64,000 nucleotides of DNA from Candidatus Latescibacterota bacterium. GTDB taxonomy: Bacteria > Krumholzibacteriota > Krumholzibacteriia > WVZY01. Location: the NCBI GenBank assembly GCA_020352495.1, contig CP070677.1, positions 2,577,501 through 2,641,500 of the forward strand, in the 5' to 3' direction. Position 1 is the stretch's first letter. Every line of letters begins with the position of its first letter. The position numbers and the translations under genes were made by a program. This document shows positions 1 to 11,300 of this stretch, piece by piece. The notes beneath the pieces are model-generated. The model worked only from the letters and a program-made list of their open reading frames with translations, was not told where the DNA came from and did no database searches.

Positions 1-564
1 CGTTTCGTTGTCCGCGATCGGTTGGAATTCGCCGTACCCCACCGCCGAGAGTCGATCGGCTTCCATCTCGTGTTTTTTCATCATATAGTGAACAACCGCG
101 CACGCACGGTGTGAGGCAAGCTCCCAGTTGGATGGGTATTTGTTCCGGTAAGCCATGGCGAGACCGACGTTATCCGTGTGACCTTCGACGCGAATTTGAC
201 GCTCGGGATAGTTCCCCGCCACTTCGGCAATCTTGTCGATCACGTCTTTCCCCGACTGAGAAAGCGTGGCGCTTCCCGAATTGAAAAGAACCGCTTCCGA
301 CACGGTCACAACCGACTGGGCGTCCTTTTCCTCTAGCCATACCTGCTCTTTTGCCTTGTAATCGGCAAGCGCATCGTTCAGCTCCTGGCTCAGCTCGGCA
401 TTCCGCTGTTCCTCGCCCGAGAGCTTCTGTTGAAGACCGGTTACCTCACCTTCGAGCTCGGCGATCCGGGCGTCCTTCTCCATCAGTTCCTTTTTGTTCG
501 CCGCACAGCCCATGGCGAGGAGGCCAATGACTAGAGCCACCACGATCCAAGATCTTTCCCTCAT
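1..564 (-). CDS. OmpA/MotB-family peptidoglycan-binding lipoprotein (3' end runs off window; absent from ORF track)
   Basis: Hand translation from ATG at 564: MRERSWIVVALVIGLLAMGC (lipobox), a coiled coil, then VLFNSGSATL...IRVEGHTDNV...YPSNWELASHRA...RLSAVGYGEFQPIADN, the OmpA_C/MotB motifs. Confidence 0.9.
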   Translation of the reverse strand, partial: MRERSWIVVALVIGLLAMGCAANKKELMEKDARIAELEGEVTGLQQKLSGEEQRNAELSQELNDALADYKAKEQVWLEEKDAQSVVTVSEAVLFNSGSATLSQSGKDVIDKIAEVAGNYPERQIRVEGHTDNVGLAMAYRNKYPSNWELASHRACAVVHYMMKKHEMEADRLSAVGYGEFQPIADNET

Positions 565-716
565 ATACAACCTGCCTTGGTTGAGTGTGTAAAGCGGCAA
601 CGGGTTTTGACAATGGGCGCGTTTGAGTGTCCGTCACATCACGACAAAGACGACATGTTAATCGTATTGTTAAACTCCGTCAACAAGAATTGATACGGGC
701 TCTTCCGGGCCAAGAC

Positions 717-1946
717 CTAACTTGCGTTTTCGGAATCGGCTCTCAGCCGCGTTCTCACGACGACCTCCGAATGAAGCGTCCGGTGAACGGGGCACTTGTC
801 GGCGATCTCGAGAAGCCGCGCACGTTGATCGTTGTCGAGAGGACCTCCGACTTGGATTTCGCGCTCGATTACATCGATCTTTCCCACCTGCGTCTCGCAC
901 TGTTCGCAATCCGCCGCGTGGATCTTTTCGTGCGAGAGCCTTACGATGATCTCATGGAGCGGCCACTCCTTGCGGTCCGCATACATTCTCAACGTGATCG
1001 ATGTGCAAGCCCCCAAACCGGCGAGTAGATACTGGTACGGTGAACCGCCTTTGTCCGTCCCACCGACCGACAACGGTTCATCGGCCGTCATTTGGTGGAC
1101 ACCGGCCGCAATCTCCGTTCGGTATCTCTCCTGCTCGGTCCGGACGATCACCTCACCTTTCTCTCCACGATCCGCCCCGTCCGGGTAATCGACGTATTTG
1201 CGTCCCCAAGCAGCCACAACTTCGCCAACGTAACATGAGTCGTTTTCGTCGCCGAGAAGATGATCCGCCCGATCGAGCGAAACAAAGCTCTTTGGATGCC
1301 GGGCAGCGACAAAAATCTCCTGCGCGTTCTCGATCCCCACGATGTTGTCACTCGGTGAGTGAAAAATCAGCAGCGCCTTCCCAAGGTTTCCAATGTGTTC
1401 CTGCATCCTCGAGCGCTCGAGATCGTCAAGAAACTGTTTTTTGATCCGAAACGACCGGCCGGCGAGAACCACAACCGCCTCCCCCGACTTCTCGATCACA
1501 TCCGCCGCGTCGCGGAGCACCTTTTTTAGGTGACGCGGATCGCTCGGTGCGGCGATCGTTGCCACCGCCACCGCGGAGGGTATTCTGGAGGCGGCCTGGA
1601 GGATTGCCGCGCCTCCCAGTGAATGACCGACGAGTATTTTGGGTGCTTGGTGATGCGTCCCGAGGAAATTCGCCGCGGCGACGAGATCTTCCACGTTTGA
1701 CGAGAAGTTCGTGTCGGCGAAGTCGCCTCCGCTCTCCCCCAACCCCGTGAAATCAAACCGAAACACCGCGATTCCTCTCCCACACAATGCTCGGCTGATG
1801 TTTGTGACCGATTTGTAGTTCTTCGAACACGTGAAACAATGTGCAAAGAGCGCAAACGCCATGGGCTTTCCGGACAACGGGAGATCCAGTCTGGCGGAAA
1901 GCTTGTCTCCGGCGTTGTTCTCAAAAGTGATCCTATGGGTTATCAT
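717..1946 (-). CDS. Alpha/beta hydrolase-OsmC fusion protein
   Basis: FAHCFTC and GHSLGG nucleophile elbow; C-terminal OsmC domain (ADEP..GG.D.G.SPY..LL..LGACT ... KCPVHRTL). Confidence 0.92.
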   Translation of the reverse strand: MITHRITFENNAGDKLSARLDLPLSGKPMAFALFAHCFTCSKNYKSVTNISRALCGRGIAVFRFDFTGLGESGGDFADTNFSSNVEDLVAAANFLGTHHQAPKILVGHSLGGAAILQAASRIPSAVAVATIAAPSDPRHLKKVLRDAADVIEKSGEAVVVLAGRSFRIKKQFLDDLERSRMQEHIGNLGKALLIFHSPSDNIVGIENAQEIFVAARHPKSFVSLDRADHLLGDENDSCYVGEVVAAWGRKYVDYPDGADRGEKGEVIVRTEQERYRTEIAAGVHQMTADEPLSVGGTDKGGSPYQYLLAGLGACTSITLRMYADRKEWPLHEIIVRLSHEKIHAADCEQCETQVGKIDVIEREIQVGGPLDNDQRARLLEIADKCPVHRTLHSEVVVRTRLRADSENAS

Positions 1947-2430
1947 GTCTTTTCCCCTGTGTTAATGTCCCGGTTCGAGTGTAGGATACCACACTCACCG
2001 AGAGACTGGACTTCCCATACCACGGCCGACATCGCCACGCACAAGGACCCATTCCTCTTGAACCAACCGAGGTAACGCCTTACGGACAAATAGGTTATGG
2101 ACAGGCACGTCGACCGGTTTCGCGCCAATTCACCACTTCCCCTTTTCCCCTGGATGCGTTATGATCAGGTACCTCGAACCGCTTTCTGCCCGTGAGGGCC
2201 TTGCGGAGAGTTCCCGTGTCCAGCCGACGGGATCCCATTTCCAAGAGGTAGTAAACAAGACAACTTACGCGCTGAACGAATCTATCGAATTATCAGGCCA
2301 AGGCCGTGTATATAGTCCTCAGAGGTTCTTTCCCGGGGAATAGGCACCTAAGTGTACTCGTAACAATCGGCCCCACCCCACCGTATACTAGAGAGCACGT
2401 TTTTTTTCGACGCAAAGAAAGGAGCTGGAT

Positions 2431-3762
2431 GTGAGCACTTTTACACGTTCGACAGTAAAACCCCTAAAGATCGCAAACATGAACACCCGCCACCGGACGC
2501 TGTGGGCGTTGGCCGTGTTCGTCACGGCGGCCATGGTACTGATCCAGTGTGCGTTGCCGACGCAGGCGGCCGACTGGAAGGGTAAGGAAACCACAAAAGA
2601 CGGTATCCGTTGTCTTGTCAGCCCCCGCGAACCAATGGAGCCCCGTATCACGTCCGAACTCGAGGAGCTTTGGCGGATCGGGGGGGACACGGACGACGAG
2701 GACGAGTTCTTTGGCGTCATTCTGCAAATCCTGACGGACGACCACGGGAACGTGTATCTTCTCGATTCGCAACTCAATCAAGTCAAGGTTTTCTCTCCCG
2801 ACGGTGAGTACGTCAGAGAGTTCGGACGCGAGGGCGAGGGTCCAGGCGAGTTCCGGTTCGCGTCGGATATGTTTTTCACCGCCGACGGAAACATCGGAGT
2901 CCTGCAGGCGGCCCCCGGCAAGATCATTCTCTTCACACCCGAGGGTGAGCCGGCCGGTGAACATCCGATTCCAACGCGTGAAGACGGTGGCATGGTGATC
3001 CTATCCAATGGATCTTACAGGGCGGGCAATCTCGTCTTGCTCGCCATGGCGCAGGCCTTCTCAGAGAACCGTTACGAACGAACCGATTACTTGGTTAGCG
3101 TCGATCCCGAAGGCGGCGAAAAAGCCCGTTACCATTCAAGGTCGCGCGTGCTCGATACCGCGAACCCCGTTTTGAGCGAAGGCGAGTGGACACCGTTTTC
3201 CGGCCGCTGGGCGATCGGCGCGGATGGACGCGTATACGTGTGCACGAGCCGCGATGACTACACGATCAAAACCTGGAACCGCGATGGCACACCCGACCGT
3301 ATCATTGAGCGCGAATACACTCACCGCAAAAGGACAGCCGAACAAAAGAAGGTTATCGACGACCTATTTGGAGTATTCGCCAACATGATTCCAAACGGGA
3401 CGTTCGAGACCTCGGATTACGACGGCGATATCGCGGCCATCTATGTTCGCGAGGACGGCAGCCTTTGGGTCCTCACGAGCGACGGGACGCGTGATCTCCC
3501 CGATGGGAGTCTGGGAGTTTTTGATATTTTCGATCAGGAGGGCCGTCTCCTTCGGCAGGTTGCATTGAACGGTGACGGAGATCCGGAAACCGATGGCTAC
3601 TATTTTTCCGGTGACCGTATGTATGTAGTAACGGACTGGCTGCAGGCGCTCATATCGCTCCAATCGGGTGAACAGTCGTTCCAGGTCGGGGACGAGGAGC
3701 CCGAGCCGATGAGCGTGATCTGCTACCAGCTTGCCGCCGATGTTCAGACGTCGCAAAAATAG
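2431..3762 (+). CDS. Secreted 6-bladed (NHL/TolB-like) beta-propeller protein
   Basis: Signal peptide ending TQA-A; NHL-like repeat GNVYLLDSQLNQVKVFSPDGEYVREFGREGEGPGEF; AAAGGAG RBS before GTG 2431 (alternative ATG 2479). Confidence 0.82.
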   Translation: MSTFTRSTVKPLKIANMNTRHRTLWALAVFVTAAMVLIQCALPTQAADWKGKETTKDGIRCLVSPREPMEPRITSELEELWRIGGDTDDEDEFFGVILQILTDDHGNVYLLDSQLNQVKVFSPDGEYVREFGREGEGPGEFRFASDMFFTADGNIGVLQAAPGKIILFTPEGEPAGEHPIPTREDGGMVILSNGSYRAGNLVLLAMAQAFSENRYERTDYLVSVDPEGGEKARYHSRSRVLDTANPVLSEGEWTPFSGRWAIGADGRVYVCTSRDDYTIKTWNRDGTPDRIIEREYTHRKRTAEQKKVIDDLFGVFANMIPNGTFETSDYDGDIAAIYVREDGSLWVLTSDGTRDLPDGSLGVFDIFDQEGRLLRQVALNGDGDPETDGYYFSGDRMYVVTDWLQALISLQSGEQSFQVGDEEPEPMSVICYQLAADVQTSQK

Positions 3763-3819
3763 ACACTCGAACCAAGCGCTCTGCCGGCCCCCCACCGGCA
3801 GAGCCACCTATACCGAAAT

Positions 3820-5184
3820 ATGAAACACTCACACAGTTCCCTTTCGATAAGACCCAGAGTGAGACACTGGTGTTGGTTGATCGCCGTCATTATGTGCATT
3901 ATGTGTCTTTGTTTGCCGCTCACCGGATGCGGTTCGGGCGAGTCTGGGGAACAAGACGATTCCAAAGAGACGGGCGACAGCACCGAGGTGAAGACGGACA
4001 CGGACGACAAATCGGATGACACGGCCGGCGCGGATACCACCACCGCCAAAAAGAAAAAGAAGAAGACACGTGAACGGACGACGTCGGTAAACGCGGCGAA
4101 TGTGAGCCGGGGCGATCTCATCATCCCGGTCGTTGCAGAGGGCACCGTTCGTGCGCGTCAGTCCGCGGAAATCCGTACCGAGATCAACGGTCGGATCGCG
4201 AGGATCGCCGCCCGCGAGGGGCAACGGGTTCGAAAAGCCCAACTGATTCTCAGCCTGGACGCGCGGGAATATGAAGTGGCAGCGGAAGAGGCGCGCTCAA
4301 AATATCTCCAAGCATTGAGCGTTCTGGCTGTCGAAGAGGATTCTGCCGAAGTCTTCGAGCGTCCCTCGGAGATCATTGAAAAGATACGCGAACTCAAACA
4401 GCTCGAGAAAAAGGGCACCATTACACGTGAGGAACGCCTCGCCCGCGAGATTGCCCTGGATGTCCAGGCGCTCAGAGAAGGCGAGTTTCGCATCGACATG
4501 GCCGCTGCTCGCAGCGGTGTGACGACGGCGCGTACGACGCTCGAACGCGCGTACCTGGACCTCGAGCGAACGGAGATACGAGCTCCGTTTTCCGGGGTTG
4601 TCACCGGGCTCACGCTCTCGGCCGGCGAACACGTTACGACGAGTCAAACCGTGTGCACGCTGGTAAACAACACCGATCTCGAGGCGGAGGTAGGCGTGCT
4701 CGAATCGGACATCGGTTATCTCGATGTTGGACGTCCCGCGCTCCTCGCAATACCCGCGCTGGGCGAAACACTCAGTGTTGACGTCGATGTGATCAGCCCC
4801 CATTTCGATCGTTCGAGCCGAACTTGCGAAGTGCTTCTCCGGCTCGAGAATCCAGGCCAGCGGGTAAGACCTGGAATGTTCGTGCGGGCAATCATTGCCG
4901 GACAGAAGTTTGAAGACCGTCTCCTCGCTCCGCGCGAGGCGATCCTGACCCGCGATGGCCGGCCGCTTCTCTTCAAAGTCGAAGGTGACCGCGCCAAGTG
5001 GCTTTACCTCCAAATCGGCCAACAAAACGATTACGTCGTCGAGATCGAACGCGTTCTGCAGGGTGGGACGCTGTCCCCCGGTGACCGGGTCGTCGTGTCA
5101 AATCACCTCACGCTTTCCCACGACGCCAAGATCAAAGTCAAAAAGACGGTCCCATTCGGTGATCCGTGGGAAGCCAGGGAGTAA
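3820..5184 (+). CDS. RND efflux periplasmic adaptor (MFP), lipoprotein
   Basis: Lipobox LTGC; lipoyl-like halves EIRTEINGRIARI..REGQRV and TEIRAPFSGVV; RPGMFVRA; directly upstream of RND genes. Confidence 0.93.
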   Translation: MKHSHSSLSIRPRVRHWCWLIAVIMCIMCLCLPLTGCGSGESGEQDDSKETGDSTEVKTDTDDKSDDTAGADTTTAKKKKKKTRERTTSVNAANVSRGDLIIPVVAEGTVRARQSAEIRTEINGRIARIAAREGQRVRKAQLILSLDAREYEVAAEEARSKYLQALSVLAVEEDSAEVFERPSEIIEKIRELKQLEKKGTITREERLAREIALDVQALREGEFRIDMAAARSGVTTARTTLERAYLDLERTEIRAPFSGVVTGLTLSAGEHVTTSQTVCTLVNNTDLEAEVGVLESDIGYLDVGRPALLAIPALGETLSVDVDVISPHFDRSSRTCEVLLRLENPGQRVRPGMFVRAIIAGQKFEDRLLAPREAILTRDGRPLLFKVEGDRAKWLYLQIGQQNDYVVEIERVLQGGTLSPGDRVVVSNHLTLSHDAKIKVKKTVPFGDPWEARE

Positions 5185-5193
5185 GGTGACGCA

Positions 5194-8100
5194 ATGCTGC
5201 GTTTCGTCATCCAGCGCCCTATCGCTATCAGCATGTTCTTTCTCGCGCTGATGTTGATTGGGATCCTGAGCTTCCGACGTCTTCCCGTTGACCTTCTTCC
5301 ATCGATCACATATCCCCGACTCACAGTCATTACCACGTACGAGGACATCCCCGCAGAGGACCTCGAACGGTTGGTTACGCAAAGACTCGAGGAGGTCGTT
5401 ACCGCGCTTTCCGGGGTGCGCCGAGTCATCTCGCGAACCCGAGAAGGTATCTCGATCATCACCGTCGAGTACGAATGGGGAACGCAAATGGATTTTGCGA
5501 ATCTCCATCTCAGAGAGGCGGTGGATCGCGTTGCGTTTCGTGACGATTTTCCAACGGATGCCGAACGCCCTGTGATCCTGCGGTGGGATCCGCTTTCCCG
5601 TCCGATCAGCATTCTCACGCTAAAAGGCACAGACCGAATCGAATCGATGACCGAGTTCGCTACCGAAGTCGTAAAACCGGCCCTCCAACAGGTGGACGGC
5701 GTGAGCCAGGCCGAGGTCGTCGGTGGCGCCGAGCGCGAAATCCTCGTCGAACCCGACGTGAAGAAGATGGCGATTTATGGCGTTACAATTGAGGACATCC
5801 AGCGAGCGCTCGCGCGAAGCAACGTTTCGTTTCCCGGTGGCAAAATTCGCAAGGGGCCACTCCACCTGAGCCTTCGGATCGTGGGCGAATACGAGACCCT
5901 CGATGATATAGAAGCGACCGACATCATCCGGCCCGGTCAGTCTCCCGTGCGCGTTTCCGACGTGGCCCGTGTTGTCGATACTGTCAAGGATCCCGAAGGC
6001 ATCACGCTTCTCGGCGGTGACCCCGTCGTTTCGTTTCTGCTATACAAAGAGCCCGAGGCGAACACCATTCAAGTCTCCGAAGAGGTCGACCGGGCTCTGG
6101 AAGTGTTGGTCGAAGACTACGGTGATTTCGACTATGAGTTCGTCTACCGGGACGCCGATTACGTGCGTGCGTCATTCCAAGGTCTCGTTCAATCATTGAT
6201 CATCGGTGCGTGTCTTGCTTTTCTCGTCCTGTTCTTTTTTCTCCGCGACGTGAGAAGCCCGGTCGTCGTCGGAATCTCGATCCCCGTTTCGATCTTTATC
6301 GCATTCGCTTTTCTGTACTTCGGAAGAGTCAAACTCAACCTGATGAGCCTCGGTGGTCTTTCTCTGGCGGCAGGTATGTTGGTCGACAACGCCATCGTCG
6401 TTCTCGAAAACATCAACCGCCACCTGACGGACGTTTTTCGAAAACACCCCGAGTCACCTGCGTCCGCCAACGATTCGGCGGAACTGGGCAGACGGCGCAA
6501 AGTAGCCGAGGCGTCCGTAAGGGGAACGGGAGAAGTCGCAAGGGCCGTACTGGCCGCGACGTTTACGACAGTGGCCGTTTTCTTCCCCGTCGTCTATGTC
6601 CCAGGGATTGCCGGCGCGTTTTTCCGGGATCAGGCTCTCGCCGTTGTTTTTTCGCTTCTCGTCTCTATCGGCACGGCGCTTCTGCTCCAGCCGATGCTCT
6701 CCGCCCGGCTGTTGTCAAAGCGCCATGGGCCTCCGAAAGGGATATTCCGATTGTTTGCCCGGGGATTCGACTCCGTTTACAACGGGTACCACGTCATATT
6801 GGTAAAAGTGCTCCGCCGCCCGGGGCTCATGTTGACCTGCTTGGCCGTGGGGCTGGTCGCAGCGGCTCTACTCGGTCTCCAACTCCGCCGGAGCTTCATG
6901 CCCGAACGAAGCGCGGGTGATCTCCGAATCGAACTCGAACTGCCAAGCGGCACTCCCCTGGAAGAGACCGCTGCAACAGTGGCGTCGTTCGCCGAGTGGC
7001 TGGACGCGGACGATGATGTCAAGAGTGTCTTTGCCCAGGTAGGACGGACGGAAAAAACCCTCGAATCGCTCAACGAGTACACTGCGCCAAACACGGCGAA
7101 CATTCGCGTCATTCTCAACCCCGGCCGCGGGGGACGAAAGAAAGGGCAGCGTATTCAGACCGAGGCAACGCAGCGACTCGCTCAGATGCCCGGGATACAA
7201 TACGCATTCCGCGAGGAAGGCATCGGGCTGGGCGAGATTCTGGCGACCGACGAGGCACCTTTCAGTCTCGGCGTCGTTGCCGAGGACCCACTCGCTGCCG
7301 TCGAGGTCGCCGAAGAACTGATGCGTCGTCTCTCCGACGGTTCGACACTCCGTGATCTACAGGTCGATCGTGTCATCGGGACACCAAATCTCGTGGTGCA
7401 ACTCGACGCCGAAGAGATCCTAAGAAGCGGTCTCGATCCGGACGCGGTGGCCCGCGAGCTGCGCAATCGTATTCGTGGTGTCGAGGCCACGACGTTTAAC
7501 GAGGTCGATCAGCGGATCGACATCTCGGTTCGGATTCCCAGGAAGCAGCGCAGGGATCTCTCGTTGGCGTTGAATTCACCGGTGGAGTTGGCCGACGGGG
7601 AAACGGTTCCGTTACGCTCGTACCTCGACGTGAGTGAGGAGAGTCCGGTTCGTGAGCTTACGCGCCGTAATCAGAGACGTATGGTCACCATCTCGGCCGA
7701 TCTCCAGGGTGGCTCACTCGACGACGCGTGGCGTGAGGCAATGGACGCCGCATCGACCATGGATCTCCCGTCCGGAGTGGCCATAGTCCAAAGCGGCCAG
7801 CGCGCCGAAATGACACGGAGCTTCAGAGACCTCGGTTGGGCAATGCTCCTGGCGGTCCTCCTCGTTTACATGATTCTAGCCGCGCAGTTCGAGTCGTTTG
7901 TCGACCCGCTCTTGATCGCGGTGGTTCTACCAATCGGGCTTGGGGGCTCGATTCTGGCCATCGGGGTCACCGGCGGATCGGTCAATATCCTTTCGCTGAT
8001 TGGTATGGTTGCGTTGATTGGCATCGCCGTAAACGACGCGATAATCAAGGTGGATACCATCCGACGGCTCCGCGCCCAAGGGATGGATGGCTATCCGGCC

Positions 8101-8325
8101 ATCGTCGAAGCGAGCCGTCTGCGATTCCGACCGATTCTGATGACGAGCGCATCGACGATTCTCGCCATGGTCCCGCTTGCCGTTGGGATGGGAAGCGGTG
8201 AACAACTCCAACGACCCTTGGCGTTGACGATCATCGGTGGACTCTTCCTTACCACGGCGCTCACGCTTTTCTACACACCGATCCTCTACCAGGTCGTACA
8301 CAAGATCCGGAGGACCGAGGAATGA
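5194..8325 (+). CDS. RND efflux permease subunit 1 (AcrB/MdtB-like)
   Basis: 1043 aa; IQRPIAISMF, GMLVDNAIVVLEN, RFRPILMT, QRPLA..IIGGL motifs. Confidence 0.95.
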   Translation: MLRFVIQRPIAISMFFLALMLIGILSFRRLPVDLLPSITYPRLTVITTYEDIPAEDLERLVTQRLEEVVTALSGVRRVISRTREGISIITVEYEWGTQMDFANLHLREAVDRVAFRDDFPTDAERPVILRWDPLSRPISILTLKGTDRIESMTEFATEVVKPALQQVDGVSQAEVVGGAEREILVEPDVKKMAIYGVTIEDIQRALARSNVSFPGGKIRKGPLHLSLRIVGEYETLDDIEATDIIRPGQSPVRVSDVARVVDTVKDPEGITLLGGDPVVSFLLYKEPEANTIQVSEEVDRALEVLVEDYGDFDYEFVYRDADYVRASFQGLVQSLIIGACLAFLVLFFFLRDVRSPVVVGISIPVSIFIAFAFLYFGRVKLNLMSLGGLSLAAGMLVDNAIVVLENINRHLTDVFRKHPESPASANDSAELGRRRKVAEASVRGTGEVARAVLAATFTTVAVFFPVVYVPGIAGAFFRDQALAVVFSLLVSIGTALLLQPMLSARLLSKRHGPPKGIFRLFARGFDSVYNGYHVILVKVLRRPGLMLTCLAVGLVAAALLGLQLRRSFMPERSAGDLRIELELPSGTPLEETAATVASFAEWLDADDDVKSVFAQVGRTEKTLESLNEYTAPNTANIRVILNPGRGGRKKGQRIQTEATQRLAQMPGIQYAFREEGIGLGEILATDEAPFSLGVVAEDPLAAVEVAEELMRRLSDGSTLRDLQVDRVIGTPNLVVQLDAEEILRSGLDPDAVARELRNRIRGVEATTFNEVDQRIDISVRIPRKQRRDLSLALNSPVELADGETVPLRSYLDVSEESPVRELTRRNQRRMVTISADLQGGSLDDAWREAMDAASTMDLPSGVAIVQSGQRAEMTRSFRDLGWAMLLAVLLVYMILAAQFESFVDPLLIAVVLPIGLGGSILAIGVTGGSVNILSLIGMVALIGIAVNDAIIKVDTIRRLRAQGMDGYPAIVEASRLRFRPILMTSASTILAMVPLAVGMGSGEQLQRPLALTIIGGLFLTTALTLFYTPILYQVVHKIRRTEE

Positions 8326-11300
8326 CACCCTTTTTTGTGAGGCACCCCGTTAGCACGTGGATGATATTTGCGGCATTCGTGCTATTGGGCGCCTACGCGG
8401 TGCCACGACTCCAGATTGAAGCGATACCTGAGACGGACCTCCCAACCCTAACTATTTACACGTATTGGAACGGTGCGTCCCCCCAGGCGGTCCAACGATC
8501 GATTACCATTCCCGTCGAGGAGGCGGCCCGTAAGGTCCACGGTGTGGAGACGGTCAAATCGCGTAGCTGGGCGGGACGGTCGCAGGTCGAGGTCTCGTTT
8601 CGAAGAGACGTGGATATCGACTTCGCCCGCGTCGATCTCAACGAACAGCTCGGCGAGGTGCGGCGGAACCTCCCGCTAAACGCCAGCCAACCTCAGATCG
8701 TGGCGTACGTCCCGGAGGAGTTCCGGACCGACCAGTTCTTTACCTTTAGCCTCGAGTCGCCGCTCGACCCGAACGAACTCCGCGAACTCGCCGAGACCTG
8801 GGTTACACCCCAGTTGATCGCCCTCGAGGGTGTCGCCGATGCCCGTGTATTGGGTGGCGCAAATCCGTTGATAAAGATCTTTCTCGACAGACAAAAGCTC
8901 GATCTCTACGACATAACACCCGATGAAATCTTCGCCGCAGTCGACCGGCTTGATGAGCTAAACGGCGCCGGAACCATTTACCAGGCCGGAACGGAGAAAT
9001 TCGTAGCTCTTAGAAGTCCCGTCCAATTCAATCGGCTTCAACGGGCGACAGTCGCCCAACGTGGTGACAGGATGTTTACGCTCGGGATGCTTGGGGAGGT
9101 CCACCGCGACTTCGAGGACCCGGTTTATTTCGTACGGTCGAACGGAAAAAACGTGGTCAACATTTTTGTCGAAAAGCGAAGCGGCGCCAACTCGGTGGGT
9201 GTCAGCAGGGCGCTTAGAAAAGCTCTCCCGCAGATGGAGGCCGAGGTCCCTTTCGAAGTCACTTTCCACATCGATGAGGATCAGGGTGAGGAACTCGAAT
9301 CCAAGCTCAAAGAACTCGTGTACCGTTCTCTTGTGATTCTCTTACTATTGTTCCTGCTTCTTGCGATCTCACTCCGTCAAATCAAGCTCACCGCGATCGT
9401 CACGGGCTCGATCGTATTCGCGATCGTCATTTCGCTCAGTTTCTTCTATTTTCTCCGCATCTCGGTCAACTTCATCACGATCAGCGGGCTTACCGTATGT
9501 TTTGGTCTCATTCTCGACAACAGCATTTTGGTTCTCGATGCCATCCACAGACGGCTTCGTTCGATGGACAGGGCGGAGGCTGCGGGTCTTTCGCGAATGG
9601 CCAAACTCAAAGTGGCGTTTGAGATGATTTTGGGTGGGACCCGTGAGGTCTTGTTCCCCATTCTCGCCACGACGACGACAACCGTTGTCGCGTTTGTCTC
9701 TTTTATCTTTCTCTCCGGTCGGTTGGCGCTCTTTTACGTTCCCCTTGGAATTTCCGTAGCAACGGCACTCGTCGCGTCGTTATTTGTCGCGTTTGGGTGG
9801 GTGCCCATGGTGCTTCACCGGGGCTGGGCCGCACCGATGGTCCGCCGCACCGCCGACGGACCCAACGACATTCGGGACCCACAGGAACTGGCGAAGTTCA
9901 CCGACGACGCCCCGGATTTCATGGCGCGCCGCCCGATACTCGAGCGGATCACCCAATGGAATCAAAGACTGTGGTGGATCATCGTTCCGGCGACTTTTGG
10001 TCTCTTTGTGTGGGCGGGGTTTGTCTACGACTCCAAGGTCATAAAAGGTGGGTTTTGGCGTCTTCCCGATATCGAACAGCTCATCTGTTATCTCGAGATG
10101 CCCGCCGGTACCGACATCAGACTCACTTCCGAGACTCTGATGCTTTTCGAAGAGGCGCTCATGCCGGTCCGCGATGGTGTGCGGATGCGATCACAAACGT
10201 GGGGAAACCAGGGGTTGATCCGTGTTGAGTTCGAGGACGATGTGCGCGAATCGGAGACGCCGCTCTACTACCGGACGCTACTCATGGAACAGGCGGACAA
10301 GCTCGGCGGCACCTCGGTGTTCATTTCGGGCTTCTCCGAGACGCCCTACGTAAAGGGATCCTTTGGAGGATCGATGCTCAACTCGATGATCAAAATCACA
10401 GGGTTCAACTCGCAAAGACTCAAAGAAATCGCTGAGAGGACGCTTCGTGAGATCGAACGAAACCGACGTGTGAGAAACGCTCGCATCACCACTGGCTCCC
10501 AGTTCGAGAGGATTTTCCAGGAAGAGGTCGTGATCAACGTCGACCGTGACAAGCTGGCCGTCCACGGCCTGAGCGTTATGGAGATCGTGGGGCACTTGAG
10601 ACGACTCCTCGGAGTGGACACACCGTGGACAATGCTGATCGACGAGGAGCAGAAACGCGTCCAACTCGCCTTCGAGGACTCGGAAGACATCGAGTTCGCC
10701 GACGCCGCACAGACACTCATCCAAACACCTGCCGGCGAAAACGTCCGTGTGGCCGATCTGGTGAGTGTCGATGTCCTGCCGCTTTCCGGATCGATCATAC
10801 GCGAAGATCAACGGTACACGACAAACATCAACTGGGAATATGTCGGAACGGATCAGATGAGACTTGCTTTCATAAAAAAGGTCATGGACTCCCTCGATCT
10901 GCCCTATGGTTACGATGCCGAGGAAGCCCAACGCGAGTTTTTCTCGGAAGAAGAGGAAGAAGAGCTCACGCTGACGCTGGTGTTGGCCGTGACATTCATC
11001 TTCATGGTGCTCGCCGCCTTGTTCGAGAGCGTCGCGCTCCCGTTTCTCGTTCTGATCTCTCTTCCCATGGCCTTGGTCGGGGTCTTTGTGATTTTCTGGT
11101 TGACCAATTCGGCATTTGACTCGTCCGCGCGGATCGGTTTGATCCTGCTGTTTGGTATCGTCGTCAACAACGCGATACTCCTCGCAAGCCGATTTCGGAC
11201 CGAGGCCACCCTTGTTCTCAAATCGAAGCTTGGCGTGGATCCAACGAGAAAGCTCGCCCTGTTTACCAACACGCGCACACAGCCCGGTGGCATCGATCTT

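Noticed and set aside
1947..2430. Small precursor-peptide ORFs upstream of the RND operon
   Set aside because: The 60-78 aa ORFs lack an RBS, leader motifs or compositional signal
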